In this document: piece after piece, positions 1 through 12,637 of the stretch
Layout of the letters: every line of letters begins with the position of its first letter
Numbering within the stretch: the stretch's first letter is position 1
Assembly (NCBI GenBank): GCA_010356995.1
Contig: ML996689.1
Coordinates: 124,001 to 168,282 of the forward strand
DNA: 44,282 nucleotides
Source of the DNA: Trichodelitschia bisporula
Taxonomy: Eukaryota
Reading direction: 5' to 3'
Program-made: the position numbers and the translations under genes
Notes under the pieces: model-generated
Told to the model about the DNA's origin: nothing
The model's database searches: none
Seen by the model: only the letters and a program-made list of their open reading frames with translations

Positions 1-1635
1 TACGTGGGCGCCCAGGGTGCGTTGAGCGCAGTCCACTGCTGGGTAACGCTCCACTCCGGGCCAATAAGCCGCGTGCGATTGATCTCAGGATAGAACTTGA
101 GGAAGTCGCGGTAGGCAATCCAGAAGATGCCGTCGTCGCCGAATGTGTGCTGTAGCTCTTTCATAACCTCTGGACTCCACTCGCGGCTGCCGTCCGACCA
201 CCGCCCGTTCCACTCCACCCGACCCCAGGGGTTGCGGATCTTGAGCAGGCGGACTGTGGATTCGCCTGTGCCGGGCAGCGGCTTGCCTATTTTTGAGGCT
301 TTTTCTTCTTCCGCTTTGATGTTGGCCGGCTTTGCGATCTCGCGCGCAGAGAGGACGGTGTACGCGTGCCCGCGGACGAAACCTTCTTCGTCGGCCGGGA
401 GGTCGTCGCGGCCACGCCGGCTGGAGCAGTTGAATAGGAAGGCGTCGTTGACTTGCAAGAGCTCGCGCCACAGCTGCTCTTTGTCGAGGATGTCTTCGGT
501 GTCGGTGCTGGTGGCTACGCCGCCGGTGAGGTCTTCGATGCCCTCGCTGGAAGGGAGTTAGCTAGTAAGAGGAAGGGGTAGAGTATACGCACCCTGGGTA
601 TCCCCCCTCAATTGCCTGGTAGTCCCCATGTGCCTTAGCATACGCCTTCTCCATCAGCGGCAACCACGTCTCGTTCAGACTCTCGCAGCTAGCAAAATAC
701 AGCGCACGACTCCCCTTTCGCAGCCCATCGCGGAAGTCAGCAGGCAGCGGACGGATCTCAGCGCCCAACTGGCACAGCTCCGTGGTGAAGGGGTTCTGGT
801 CGCCGGGCACGCGGAGGAGATACTCAGTCTGGTAGTTCGTCGCATCGTCGGTGTGCCCAAGACACAACCGATCATCCACCACACTGCTAACCCACTCCCC
901 ATCGCGAAAGAACACAAACCCATACACCCCCACCTTCTCATCCCTCGCCACACAAAGCCGTTCCAACAACGCCGTCTTCCCACTCAACGCACTCAACGCC
1001 GCCAAAAACCAACAATCCCCATTCCGTCCCTGCCTCACATCCGCCGCGGACGGGCCATCCTCAAAGAAAACCGGATTCTCAAAAATATCCTCCACGCGCT
1101 TCACAGTACCCACGCCCTTCAGTCCCTGGACACTCATAGGCCTCGCCTCCGCCCCCAAACTCTCCAACGTCTCCGGCTTGGCAAGCATAAACAACGGATC
1201 AAAGTACTTAGTATTCAGCCTGCGGGACTCCTGTACTATGGCCGCGACTTTAGCCCGACAACTCGCCGCCGCCTCGTCGAAGCTCGTCGCCGCGCGCTGG
1301 CTCCCCACCACGCCCGCCGTGTTCTGCCGCAGCGTCAAGTGCACCGGTCGGCCCTCGACGTCGCGCTCGACGCCGGATGCGGGTTGGGCGTGCGCGGCGC
1401 GGCGCCCGCGGAGGCGGGCCTTGCGGTCGGTGTGCTTTTTGCGTGTGAATGCGTCCCAGTGATGGTAGAAGGCGTCGTCTTTTAGCTTCTCGGCGGGGTT
1501 GGCGGACGGGGGGTCGTCCGGAGGGGGGGCTGGGGGTGCATCTTCCGCGTCATCGTAGAGGGGGCCTGGGTCGTACTCGTCGCCGACGGGTTGGGGGTGG
1601 GCGTGGCCGTGGGATATGGGGCGGAGGGGACGCAT
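1..1635 (-). CDS. Calpain-like cysteine protease (peptidase C2), 3' end beyond the window
   Basis: ATG at 1635 (MRPLRP..). Exon 1635-593, intron 592-547 (GTGCGT..CTAAC..CAG, 46 nt), exon 546-<1. Catalytic motifs: QGRNGDCWFLAA (Cys), RGHAYTV (His), KIRNPWG (Asn). Also EKAYAKAHGDY, EDLTGG, WNGRWSD and DDGIFWI. Confidence 0.92.
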
Positions 1636-2938
1636 TGCTGTGGTGCTTCGGGACGATGGAGGAGGATGGTGGGTTGGAGGGGTGAGTATGGGAGCTTGAA
1701 GTGCTAGCAGGTAGTGTCTCAAAGCTCCGTTGAGGTGAACGAAAGGAGAGAACAGCTCACGCGGGAGAAGCTCTCCTTATATGCATCCCCGCGCCCGCTG
1801 TCGAACCGTGGGGGCTGAAGCGGCTGACGTGCGGTATGCTGCGGGGCAAGGGTAGCTGCATGCGGTCCCGAGCTTCAGCCGTGCACCAGCTAGGACGCTG
1901 GTGGTTGGCCATGATGACATAGAAACGCGATGTTAGTCTCATAAGCAAGTGCGAACAGCTCCTCGGTTTTCTGAGAGGCGGGGCGGGATGAATGCCGCGC
2001 GCGACACCGCCGTGACCGCCTCCGACATGTCAGCTCGCGGGCGCTAGAACTAGTTCTAGTCGGGTGCCACAGCCAGTGTCGTTGGCGTTTCAGCGGCGGC
2101 ACACCGGTGGGCGCGACTACGGCTGAGTAAGAGCGACCGCTGCTTCTTGAGTTAGATATACCATTGGAGTATATAATGGGGTTTTGTGCGTTTTGGGTTG
2201 AAAGGCGGTATTCGGCGTGTGAAGATGTCGTTTAATGGGAGCAAGGGCTCATTACGTGCGGCGGCAACTGTAACCTTAAGGTTAACGCTGATTATTGAAG
2301 TGGGCACAAAGAGGAAGAGAGGAAGACACTTAAATCCACGATGCCAAGTATCCTCCTCTGCTCCTTTCCTCCTATCATGCGCACATTAAATCACGTTCTT
2401 TCATAGCAATGCTCCTGCCTAGAACTAGTCTACATTACCTCACTAGAGCCGTCTAATCACCGCTACTCGAGCAGTCTCCAGCCTCACCACGCAAACCAGA
2501 TACTCGTATCTCAGCAGAATTCAACCGTAGACCCTTGGGGCATGAGTCGGCGGAGCATCAAAGCATCTTCGGTACGAGAAAAGGAGAGAGAAGCACAACG
2601 CAGCCGCGTGCAGGTTCCTAGCCTAGGTATCTACGCATGTACGCCAGTAGACATGCCGAAATCGCACAGCCCGAGCACCGTTGAGGGCGCCTCGTTGGGT
2701 ATCGCAAAACCACTTTTCCGCCGCCAGGTCGCGCTCGCACGCCCCGATCGCCCATTCCCGCCGTTGAAGACATGCACGCGCCTAAAAACCAGACGCCCGT
2801 CCCTCGCGTAACAAACGCCTTATGCGTCGCGAGCCCGTTCATGCCATGTTGAAAATGCCCCCTTTTGCGTCCAAGACCCGATCCATGCTTTGTTGAAAAC
2901 ACCAAAAACTCCGTTCACGGCTCCAACTGAATGCAAGT

Positions 2939-4878
2939 CTATTTGTGCACATCCGCGGGCGCCGTTGAGGCCCCATTGGTGGTGGCAGGGTCGCGCACCT
3001 CGTGCAGCGGCCGGTCGATGTCTGGCACGACGAGGCCGTCGAAGAGCTCGAAGATGGCGTGCTTCTGTCGGAAATCGTTGTGTACTAGCAAGGTCAGCGA
3101 CGCCTTAACCCTCCAAAGTCTGCACGTACCAATATTCACAAGGTACCATGTATCCATCAGGTCCTCGATCAGGTACCGCGTCGGCGTGGAGGCCGAGTGG
3201 CAATCGGCCCAGTCCTTACCCAGGCGGAAGAACTCGTCCTTCCACGCGAGGAAGCTGATTGTCTCGACGATGGTCGGCTGGATGATCTCCTTGCCGGGGA
3301 ACACGCCCCAGGTCACGGCATTGGGCCCGTCGCCCGGCGCGTTGGTCTTCAGGTCACCAGCCTTGTTGACAGCATAGTACGTCAGATCCGGGTCGCGCTC
3401 GATGCGCGTGATTAGCTCGGCAATCAGCTCCGACGAGATGAGCACCTCGAGGTAGGCCTTTTGGTAGACGTAACCGCCGCGCGGGCCCCACCCATGTACA
3501 GGATCCGATGACTTGGCCCCATCAACAGCCGGCTGTGAATTAATGGTGAGCAAGCCGCGTTCATTGAGGGCGATGAGTTTGTCCTTGATATCACCTGCCT
3601 CGAGGGAGATTGGCTGGTCGCTCCACGGCAAACTGTCCACCTTACCCTGCATGTACTTGATGAACAGATTCGACACATCCTTGACCGACGTTGGCGTGCC
3701 CCACAGCTTGACGTAATGCTCGTTGGAGCCCTGGAGGCCCACGCCGTACGCATCTAGCTCGCCGAAAGCGGGAGAGCGCGAGTCGCCCCAGCGGCCGTTC
3801 GGGAACTCGTCCCACTCCTGTGTGCGCGCCACGTACGAGCGGCCGCGGTTGCGCCAAAAGATAGGCCGCACGTTCTCGTCCTTGCGACGCAGGCCGAGGG
3901 ACTGCCGCCACGGCAGCGGCTTCTCGAGCGGAGCTTCGATATCGGGGAGCAGGCCAAGATCTTGAAGCACCATGCGGGTCGCCTGGGCGAGGTTCATCGT
4001 GTAGCTGGCGGTCAGACAAATACCAAAATTATGCCTACGAGAGCTTACAAATGAAGGTGGTGGATGAGCCCCGAGTCCAGCAGCTTGCGGCACAGCTCGA
4101 CCACCAGATTCTTGCCAATCTCGCGCACCTCGACGTCGTTATTCTTAACCGGCTCGAGCGCGGCCATCCACGAATCGGGGATCTTGCACCGCATAGGGCC
4201 GTTCGCACGGCGGATGAAGGCCGCGTAGGTCGAAATCGGCATGATACCGGGAATGATTGGCACGGTGATGCCTTTGGCGCGGCACTTGCGGACCCAGTCG
4301 AGGAAGATGTCGGCATCATAAAACATCTGCGTCACCACGAATGTGGCCCCTGCATCGACCTTTTCCTTGAGATGGTCCACCAGTTCGTCCACATCCTCAT
4401 TGTCCTCGCAGCGCTCCGAGTACCCAGCCACACCAATATCAAAGTGGTCGCCGTAGGCATCGCGGATGTACGTGACAAGATCCTTTGCGTAGCGGAAGCC
4501 GCCCGACGTCGCCTCCCACTGTTCTTTCTCGCGGGGTGGGTCACCACGCAGGGCCAAGATGTTGGTGCAGCCGGAATTGTAGGCCTCCTTGAGTGCGTCG
4601 TCAATCTTGGACTTGGGCATGTCGGTGCAGGTCAGATGCATGCACGTCTCCAGACCGAGAGCTGTCTGTGCCGTGTGCACCATCTCGCATGTGAGGTGAG
4701 CGGATCGACCGCCAGCGCCCCAGGTGATATCAATGTAGCTCGGACCGAAGCCGTGCATACGGTCCATACGGTCATAGAGGTTTTGGATGCCCTGGGCGGT
4801 TTTGGCCGGGAAGAATTCGAAAGAGAAGGTGGGCTTGCCGCCATTTGAGGCATCGGCCAGTTTATCGCTGATATGCAT
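2939..4878 (-). CDS. MET13: Methylenetetrahydrofolate reductase (Met13-type)
   Basis: Motifs SFEFFP.KT.QG.QNLYDRMDRM, DITWGAGG, ETCMHLTC, LALRGDPP, TQMFYD, HLHF/YTMN, WDEFPNGRWGDSRSPAFGEL, TINSQP, NAVTWGVFPGKEIIQPTIVE. Exons 4878-4049, 4004-3130, 3084-2939; introns 4048-4005 (44 nt) and 3129-3085 (45 nt). Confidence 0.96.
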
Positions 4879-5650
4879 TCTGGGCTATGAATAGAAGGAA
4901 AGGCTGTATGAGAGGCAGTGTTAGGTTGGAGGTGAACAAGAACTATCCAGGAAGCGATGGTGACGTACAAATCACTCAGTGTCGCAGTGTGCAGAGGGAG
5001 AATTTCCTCCGCGGTCAATTCCCGGCTATCCCAAATAACGAACGCGAGCCCAGCGGTCTGCCAGATACCGCAGCATGTACGAAGCTTGATTTACGTGGCA
5101 GGTGAGAGTTGGGTTTGAGTGGTGTAGAAGGCAGAAGTTTGAGGAAAGTTCAGATGAGGGGTGCGCACTCTGCAAAAGACCACACGAGAAGCGAAGCGAA
5201 GTCGGAGGCGGGGAAGCTTGAGCCCACTTGGCGTTTGGTGGGATGTTTGGTGAATTCTCCGCAGAACAATCAAGATGTACATGGAAACATGAGGCTCGTA
5301 GAGGTTCAAGAATCCTTAAGACAACCACAGCAAACCATTTGGTACCTGCAAGCAAGGCGCTAATTCAGATAGGCAACGCTTTACAGCTGCGTGTCAGATC
5401 CAACGCGATTGATATTCTGCTCTCTGGGCCCATATGCCGGGCCTTTCATCAGAGAAATTAAAGAAGCTGGAAGATCGCCACAGATCCACGTCCGGTTAGA
5501 GAGATATATGAACTTAAAACAGTCACATACGTAGTAGGACGGAGTAGGCCGGCCATAACGGATAGGAATCAATGATTCGATCTAGGTCGTTTATTCATCA
5601 ATCCGTCTTGGATTATGACCTGCTGCATTCAATGTTGACGTTCCTATCCC

Positions 5651-5658
5651 ATCACGTG
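5651..5658. promoter_or_regulatory. ATCACGTG E-box (RTCACRTG, Cbf1/bHLH-type) in the divergent MET13/LAP2 intergenic region
   Basis: Exact motif present. In S. cerevisiae Cbf1 binds RTCACRTG in MET promoters. A single 8-mer could be chance. Confidence 0.25.
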
Positions 5659-5741
5659 GATATACAACCTCATAAATGAACTACACCGCTCGCCAGCAAA
5701 TCATATATCTTCCCCAACCCGCCTGTACCTTTGAGTTCTCG

Positions 5742-7915
5742 ATGACCATTTTGCGACCTCTTTCATTTCCGGGAGGTCTATCACGCATTAGTTCTGCCAT
5801 AAGCGGCCTTGTGCCTGTCCGGAACATGGCTCACGTCACCGCCAGTACCCCGCGCGACCCCAACACGCTCAGCAACTACAACAAGTGGCGCACCTCGCAC
5901 GTCACAGCCAACCTTGAAATTGATTTTGCTACTCAGTGGCTCAAGGGGAATGTTGTGCTCCGACTGAAGAGCTTGACGGACAGCGAGAGCAAAGAAATCC
6001 GCCTCGACACGAGGTACAGTGGTATATTGGATAGCATATCAAAAAGCTAACCGACCAGCTACCTCGACATCAAGGACGTTAAACTCAACGGTGCCGCTGC
6101 AAAATGGGCGCTGGAGCCACGCTCCGAGCCGTACGGCAGCCCGCTGTCCATCATTCTCGACAAGGGTGTGGCCAAGGATAAGGAGGTTGAGCTTGATGTG
6201 AGCATAATTCCTCCGGCAGACCAAGCATACTAACGACGTAGATCTCGCTCCGTACCACGGACAGCTGCACCGCGCTGCAGTGGTTCTCGCCAGCACAGAC
6301 CTCTAACAAGAAGCACCCGTACATGTGTAAGTCCTGGGACCATCCTGTACCGGCACTGCTCACGCCCCAGTCTCCCAATGTCAGGCCATTCACGCTCGCT
6401 CCGTGTTTCCCTGCCAGGACACGCCGGACGTCAAGGCGACGGTTGACTTCAACATCCGCTCGCGGCTGCCCGTGGTCGCGAGCGGCCTGCCCACTGGGAC
6501 AAAGGACTTTCGCCCAGGGAAACCCGGCGAGTCCGGCACTCTGCTGTACACGTTCCGGCAGGGCATCCCGATCCCGAGTTACCTGTTTGCAATTGCCAGT
6601 GGTGACCTCGCGAGCGCGTCCGTTGGCCCGCGCAGCACCGTGGTTACGGGGCCGGAGGAGCTGACGGACTGCAAGTGGGAGCTGGAGCACGACATGGAGC
6701 GGTTCCTCGAGGCCGCGGAGAAGATTGTCTTTCCCTATGCCTGGACGACCTATAATGTGTTGGTTTTGCCGAGCTCGTTTCCTTATGGTGGTATGTGCTC
6801 ATCCCTTTGTAAGAAGTCTGCTGACATCTCCAGGAATGGAGAATCCCATATTCACATTTGCGACGCCTACCATTATCAGTAAGGATCGGGAGAATATTGA
6901 CGTTATTGCACACGAGCTGGCTCATAGCTGGAGCGGCAATTTGGTCAGCAATGCGTCGTGGGAGCACTTTTGGTTGAATGAAGGCTGGACGACGTACATT
7001 GAACGCCGCATCCAGGGGGCCGTTCACAGCGAACCTCACTTTCATTTCTCTGCTCTCATCGGTTGGCGCGCACTCGAAGGCTCTGTTGAGATGTACGGCA
7101 AGGACCACGAGTTCACGAAGCTGGTCCCCGACCTCAAGGGCAAAGATCCGGACGATGCATTTTCATCCATCCCGTACGAGAAGGGCTTTGTATTCCTCTA
7201 CTACCTAGACACGCTAGTCGGGCGGGAGAAGTGGGATAAGTACATCCCGCACGTAAGTCCCTCCGGTTTCCCATCATTCCTCAGATACTTACTCGAGCAG
7301 TACTTTAAAACCTGGCAACAAAAGTCCCTCGACTCCTTCGAGTTCAAAAAGACCCTCCTCGACTTCTTCGCCTCCGACGCGGAGGCATCCGAGAAGCTTG
7401 CCGGCGTCGACTGGGACACCTGGTTCTTTGCCCCAGGCTACCCGCCCAAGCCCGCCTTCGACGATACCCTCGCAAAGCCCTGCACCGACCTCGCGTCTAA
7501 ATGGCAGCATCGCCAGACCACGCCTTTCACCCCAAAACCCGAGGACGTATCGCGCTGGACCGCGAACCAGGCCGTACTCTTCCTAGAAACGCTTCTCGGG
7601 TCCCTCTCACCGCTCAGCACGAACGATATAGCCGACATGGGCGCCGTGTACGCCTTCGACAAGGGGGAGAATGTCGAGGTCGTGGCACGCTACTTCCAGG
7701 TTGGCCTGAAGGCGCGGCTGGAGAGCGTGTATGTACCGACGGCCGAGCTGCTGGGCAAGGTGGGCCGGATGAAGTTTGTGCGGCCGCTGTTCCGCGAGTT
7801 AAATCGGTGTGACCGTGGACTGGCGGTTAAGACGTTTGAGAAGTATGCTGGGTTTTATCATCCGATTTGTCGGGGGTTAGTGGAGAAGGATCTGTTTGGG
7901 GAGGGGAGGGAGTGA
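5742..7915 (+). CDS. LAP2: Leukotriene A4 hydrolase homolog / M1 zinc aminopeptidase
   Basis: Motifs [81 protein letters not shown]. Introns 6014-6058, 6198-6241, 6327-6370, 6791-6833 and 7253-7300. In-frame ATGs at 5676, 5742 and 5826, so the start is uncertain. Confidence 0.96.
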
Positions 7916-10900
7916 GGTTTAGAGCCATATGCAGTATTCCCTGGATGAAGCATGAGATTTTGCTGCCGCGACTTCTTGTCTTCCCGTGATGTAGCCCTAA
8001 GGAAGGCATTCCTATTTCACAGAAATACGCATCAGCATCTAAAGGAACATCTTGATTCTTGAGAAAGAAGGGCTAGGACGACTATGGCAAGCGCACAGGT
8101 GGACACTTGACAAAACATTTCATACGGATGTATATCATAGCATAACTTCAACGCTCCATCTACCTTCCCCGGATTTGTCTTTTGGTCCTCATTCACTTTG
8201 CACTGGTTGCTCCGCACATGCTTAGGTTATGCCCCATTATCCCAGTGCTCAGTCCTTGCCATATGATGTAGACATGGAAGGAGCATACTTAGGGGCATGA
8301 TGTACTCGTAATGAGCGCATGATAGAAGGAAGGAGCAAGGGAGCATCGTGTACTTAAGTCTCGAGAATCTCTAAACCTCTTCCTCTATTTGTCTTCTACT
8401 TCAATCTTGAGTATTACAGTCGCCTTCGCACGCAATGAGCCTTGCTTCTATCACCATAGCGAGCTCTTCAACCGTCCACGATCCCTCCCGATTCCCGCAT
8501 CCTCCCAGTCCCGCTCCTCATCGGGCACTCGTACACGCGACCACCTGCATCATGGCAGCACAACCACCGTAAGCGAGCAAGAAGCTTCTCAGTCCGACCG
8601 CGCCTCACCCCGCCACGCGATGCCTAACCGACATGCCCAAACGTCATCATCAGCCCACAAGGCTGAGCCAAGCCGAACAACACTTCACCGCCTCCCCCAG
8701 CGCCCAGCATCCCAAAACGCACTTCCCAACCCCACGCCCAGCCTCCGCATGCCAGGTACGCGCGCGCACCCCCACATCCCCACACGGCCCTACCGTACAT
8801 GATGTGCAGCACTTCAGGGTGCGACTGGGACCTGGGGTACGTGTCGTGTTGCGCATGGCAATCCGGAGTGTACCCCCACTGTACACGCTTTACCTGGTGC
8901 TCACCCCGGGCCCGACCGCTTGCGAGATGTTACCCTAGGAGCGTACCGGTTGATACGGCGAAAGCTGCTCAGCGCCTCCGCGGCCCGGCTCGCGTCGTCG
9001 CGTTGGAGCGGATACTTCGGCTCCCGGAATTGTACTCGCGCCATACCAATTCCCAGAACCCGCGTCTCGGGCGCGGCGTGGCGCGCGGCTGTTCGCCGCC
9101 GCGGTTCGTGGGGGTCGGGCGTCGGGCGGACGTGGGGGTGAAAACTTTTCACAGGATTCGAGTCTCGCAGCTGCTGCAAGCGCTGTGGTTGGACGACAGG
9201 AGGAGCAAATTTTTTATTCACGCTTGTGCAACGTCTGTCCTCGTCATGTGTGACGACATTGAGGGTGTGGGGGAGGTGGTTGGCTGCCCCCGCGTCGATA
9301 GGTTTCTAGAAGGGGGATGGAATGCGCGGTTTGCGGGATGTGGGACAGGCACAGAGATTGACATGCCAGCCTTGCGTGGACAGGTCCCGATCGGGCTGTC
9401 GGCGTCGACGTCAACTCGCCTTGATACTTGTGACGGCGAACTCCTGACCGCCATGCCGTTATTACCGCCAATCGCGGCTGCGCAGCCTCGCAGAGTTTTC
9501 ACAGTGATGGTCCTCGCTCTCGCCGTGTGACGAGGTTGTGAGAGATTTTCGTACCGTGTATGATGTGTTGGCTGATGATGATAGGGGAGTGTGCATGCAC
9601 CGCTTTGCGCCGGAAAGGGGGGGGGGAGCCGCTTACACTGCTCGAGGCCGGTTAACTATCGCAAGGCGGTCGGCAAGGTGACCGGTCTCGAGTCCCATGC
9701 GGCGCGGTCCCGAGCCGGGCCTTGCGTACCGGCCCGTCTCGGCAGGCTGCGTCCCGGGACGCCAACACCACCCCCAGCATAGGACCACGCTTCTCCGCAC
9801 CAGCCCAGCAATCACGAGCCGCGTACGCCTGAAATGAGCCCTACTCGCGAGCCAACTACCGTCCGAGAACGAGCACCGTGGCGCGGGAGAACTCGGCTTG
9901 CGCAGCCTTTGTGCAACGCTCGGTTAGCGTGCAGGGAATGGGTCCTGGCGTGTGAAAACCGGGGACGGTCGCACAGGATGAGCCAGGACAAGGCTGTAGG
10001 GTTCTGGAGCGATATCGAGCGCCGGGTCGCAAGCAGGCGCGAACCCGAAATACGGACGGTTTCTATGCTTAGCGGGCCAATCTCGACTCCGTCGGATATC
10101 CCACAATCAATCTCAATCCCAGGCCCAACACGCACTCCGCGGATCATACCTCGATCGCCCTTCCATTTCGCGGCGCGTTTGATGCGCGCGCTGCAATATA
10201 TCCCCTCCCCTCCTCCATCCGACCGCGCCAACCGCCTCAGCCAGCGCCCAGCGCGGACCAAACGTTCCCCTCCTCATAAACACCAAACCCCCACTCAACC
10301 CCCACGGCGCCTCGGCCCACGGGTGCGGACACCCACCGTTCCTGCATCTCATCCCCGCGCCGTGCCGAAGGCTGCTACTCCAAACCCGCCCGCCCGCCGC
10401 CGCGGTCCCAGGCTAATATGCGCGGTACGAGGCGCTCTTCCTATCTTCCACGGACTCCATGGACGCCTCTTCGCCTTTCGCGAGCGAGAGAAGGCAGGCG
10501 CGCGTAGCGCGCTAGCGCAGCCGTATCTTATCGCGGTGCCGTGCGCCGCCGCCCCAGCCGGGGAGCACCCCCAGGGCGGAGCAATGTGGCGTCTTCGACT
10601 GGGGATCGGATCTGCGGGGATGGGGCACTCGGGGCTGACGCGAGGTCGACGCTTCGCGTTCTCGGTTTCCCGTGCTGGCAGCAGGGTATATCAAGGTGCG
10701 GATACACCGAGCACGGCTCACGTTGCGACAGTCGGATACATCAAATGTTCGATCGGCTTCACGGCCGCCGAAGTCCCCCCGCCATGCCCGAGTGTCCCGA
10801 TCTCCACTACAGTAAGCGTATGGGTTATTTGCGGTTAGCCCAACGCATTTCCCGCGCCATCGCGCGCAGCCCAGTGCACTGGTGTGCCTTGGCGCATGGC

Positions 10901-11960
10901 GCTTCAGCAGCGGCAGTGCGGCACCGCGCGGGTGATTGGCGCAGGGCGCGCCGGCGGGCGGGTGACGCTGCGGGCGGGAAGGAGCGAAGCGAGAGAATGC
11001 GCCGGCCGCGATGCGCGAACATCAGGATTGCGATACCGGTGATGTCCCAAACGAGGCATGGCCGAAGGAGGGTAGAGCACACGGCGAGCCCAGCATCTAC
11101 GGCATCATTGCCCTCGCGTCCTCGTGTTCCTCGGCCTTGCTCTGGCCCCCAGTCCGCGCCTGGTGCCTGCCTGCGCAGGCTGGCCAGGCTGGCCGGGGTG
11201 GACGCACGCGCGCCCGCATGCGACATAGCGCGAGATCGTGGGCTGCTCGGCGGCGCGCGGCGGCGCGCGACGCAATAGCCCGCATTGTCTTGGATGGACT
11301 CGGCTGACGGGCGTTTGGTGGCCGGTGCGCGCACTGCGAAAGTCGACCCCCCACGCTGCACCTCTGGCCACCCCCACGCGCGCCTGGCACGGCTGTGATG
11401 ATGGAATCTGGGGCTGCATGCGATCCAGGAGGCTTTGGAGGTGGCCTTTTGGTGGTTTGGGGAGTGCAGAGCGAGAGGGAACGGGTGGAGTGGGGATGGT
11501 GGTGAGTGGCTAGGGTTGCTGGTTTGGGACGTAGGCGTGGTGCGGGGCCGGGGGAGGGGCGCGGCTGACTGGTTACTGTACACTACTGGAGGCATGGAGG
11601 CTGGGGGCGGTGGATTGGTGAGAGAGATGGAGAAAGAGACGGCAATCTCGTGTCTCTTGACGGTTAGGGACAACGATGGGCGAGAATGAGGAGGGCGAGG
11701 TGATGATGCGATCAGCATGCAAGCAAGCTTCTGTCGACATCCTCGTCCGTATCTGATGCCCATCGCGAATTGCCCAACCGCATCACGACCTCACTCCTTC
11801 TCTCCCGCTCCCCATCCTCCTGCCAGCCTGTCCACATTCCTCATCCCCCTCCATCCATCCCGCCGACCGCCAGCCACCGCCACTCTTTACTTCCAATGGC
11901 ATCTCGGCGTCTTTGCAACTTTTGCGCCGACGAGCGGGCGGCGCCGTCTGCTGGCCCTGG

Positions 11961-11995
11961 CAGACGGACAGGCAGGTAGGCAGGCAGGCAGACAG
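11961..11995. repeat. Imperfect (CAGG/CAGA)n tetranucleotide microsatellite
   Basis: cagacggacaggcaggtaggcaggcaggcagacag. Confidence 0.7.
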
Positions 11996-12323
11996 CCTGA
12001 GGGGCAGGTGGGTGCACGGACAAGGCGGGACGCGATTACGGCGGGGGAGTTTCGCTGCGACGATTTTATTATGCCAAACAATCTACGGGCGCCTGAGCTG
12101 TTGTCTGCTTTGCTGGTGCTTTGATGGCCGTGCTGCGTTGCTGCTGCTGCTGTGACCGAATGGAGGTTACTGGCATGCGTGATGGATGGACATGGCTTAC
12201 GGATTGGAGCAAAGAGAGGTTTTCCAATTGCTCTGTTGGCTCTGTCTTGCGTGGCGGGGGGAGGGGCAGCTGGTAGTGAAGAGTTTTTGCGCTGATGTGG
12301 TTGGGTGAGGAGCTGAAAGGTGA

Positions 12324-12348
12324 GGGGGTGAGGGGTGAGGGTGAGGGG
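12324..12348 (+). other. Putative G-quadruplex motif; also three AGGGG (STRE-like) elements
   Basis: GGGGG-TGA-GGGG-TGA-GGG-TGA-GGGG: four G-tracts with 3-nt loops. Confidence 0.5.
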
Positions 12349-12604
12349 TAAGGATGAAGATAATTTGTGACGGGGCATTATTGGGTTGTCGTGATAAAAT
12401 TTTTGTGTGAGCTGGCTTTTGCGGCTTCAGAAGCATTTAGGCTTCTGGAAGGCGTTTTCTTTCATCGGTTGGAATTCAGCTCCATTCAAGCGCCGTTTGC
12501 CATCGTCGACGTTCTCAGCTTCATTCCTCAGTGTCACCGCTGGCTGCTGACTTGCCTTGCTCGTTCCTCACCACCGCCATGAGCCGACGGCCACTCAACA
12601 CCAC

Positions 12605-12637
12605 CAGTGACCCTCAGTGACCATCAGTGACCATCAG
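12605..12637. repeat. 10-bp tandem repeat x3 (CAGTGACCMT)
   Basis: cagtgaccct-cagtgaccat-cagtgaccat-cag. Confidence 0.8.

Noticed and set aside
628..1485. 285-aa and 203-aa plus-strand ORFs
   Set aside because: Antisense shadows of the calpain CDS in GC-rich sequence; no motifs.
4051..4848. 265-aa plus-strand ORF
   Set aside because: Antisense shadow of MET13 caused by codon bias.
9834..11763. Overlapping 334, 245 and 312 aa ORFs on both strands
   Set aside because: Arg/Ala/Pro-rich translations typical of stop-poor high-GC non-coding DNA; no domain or convincing splice structure.
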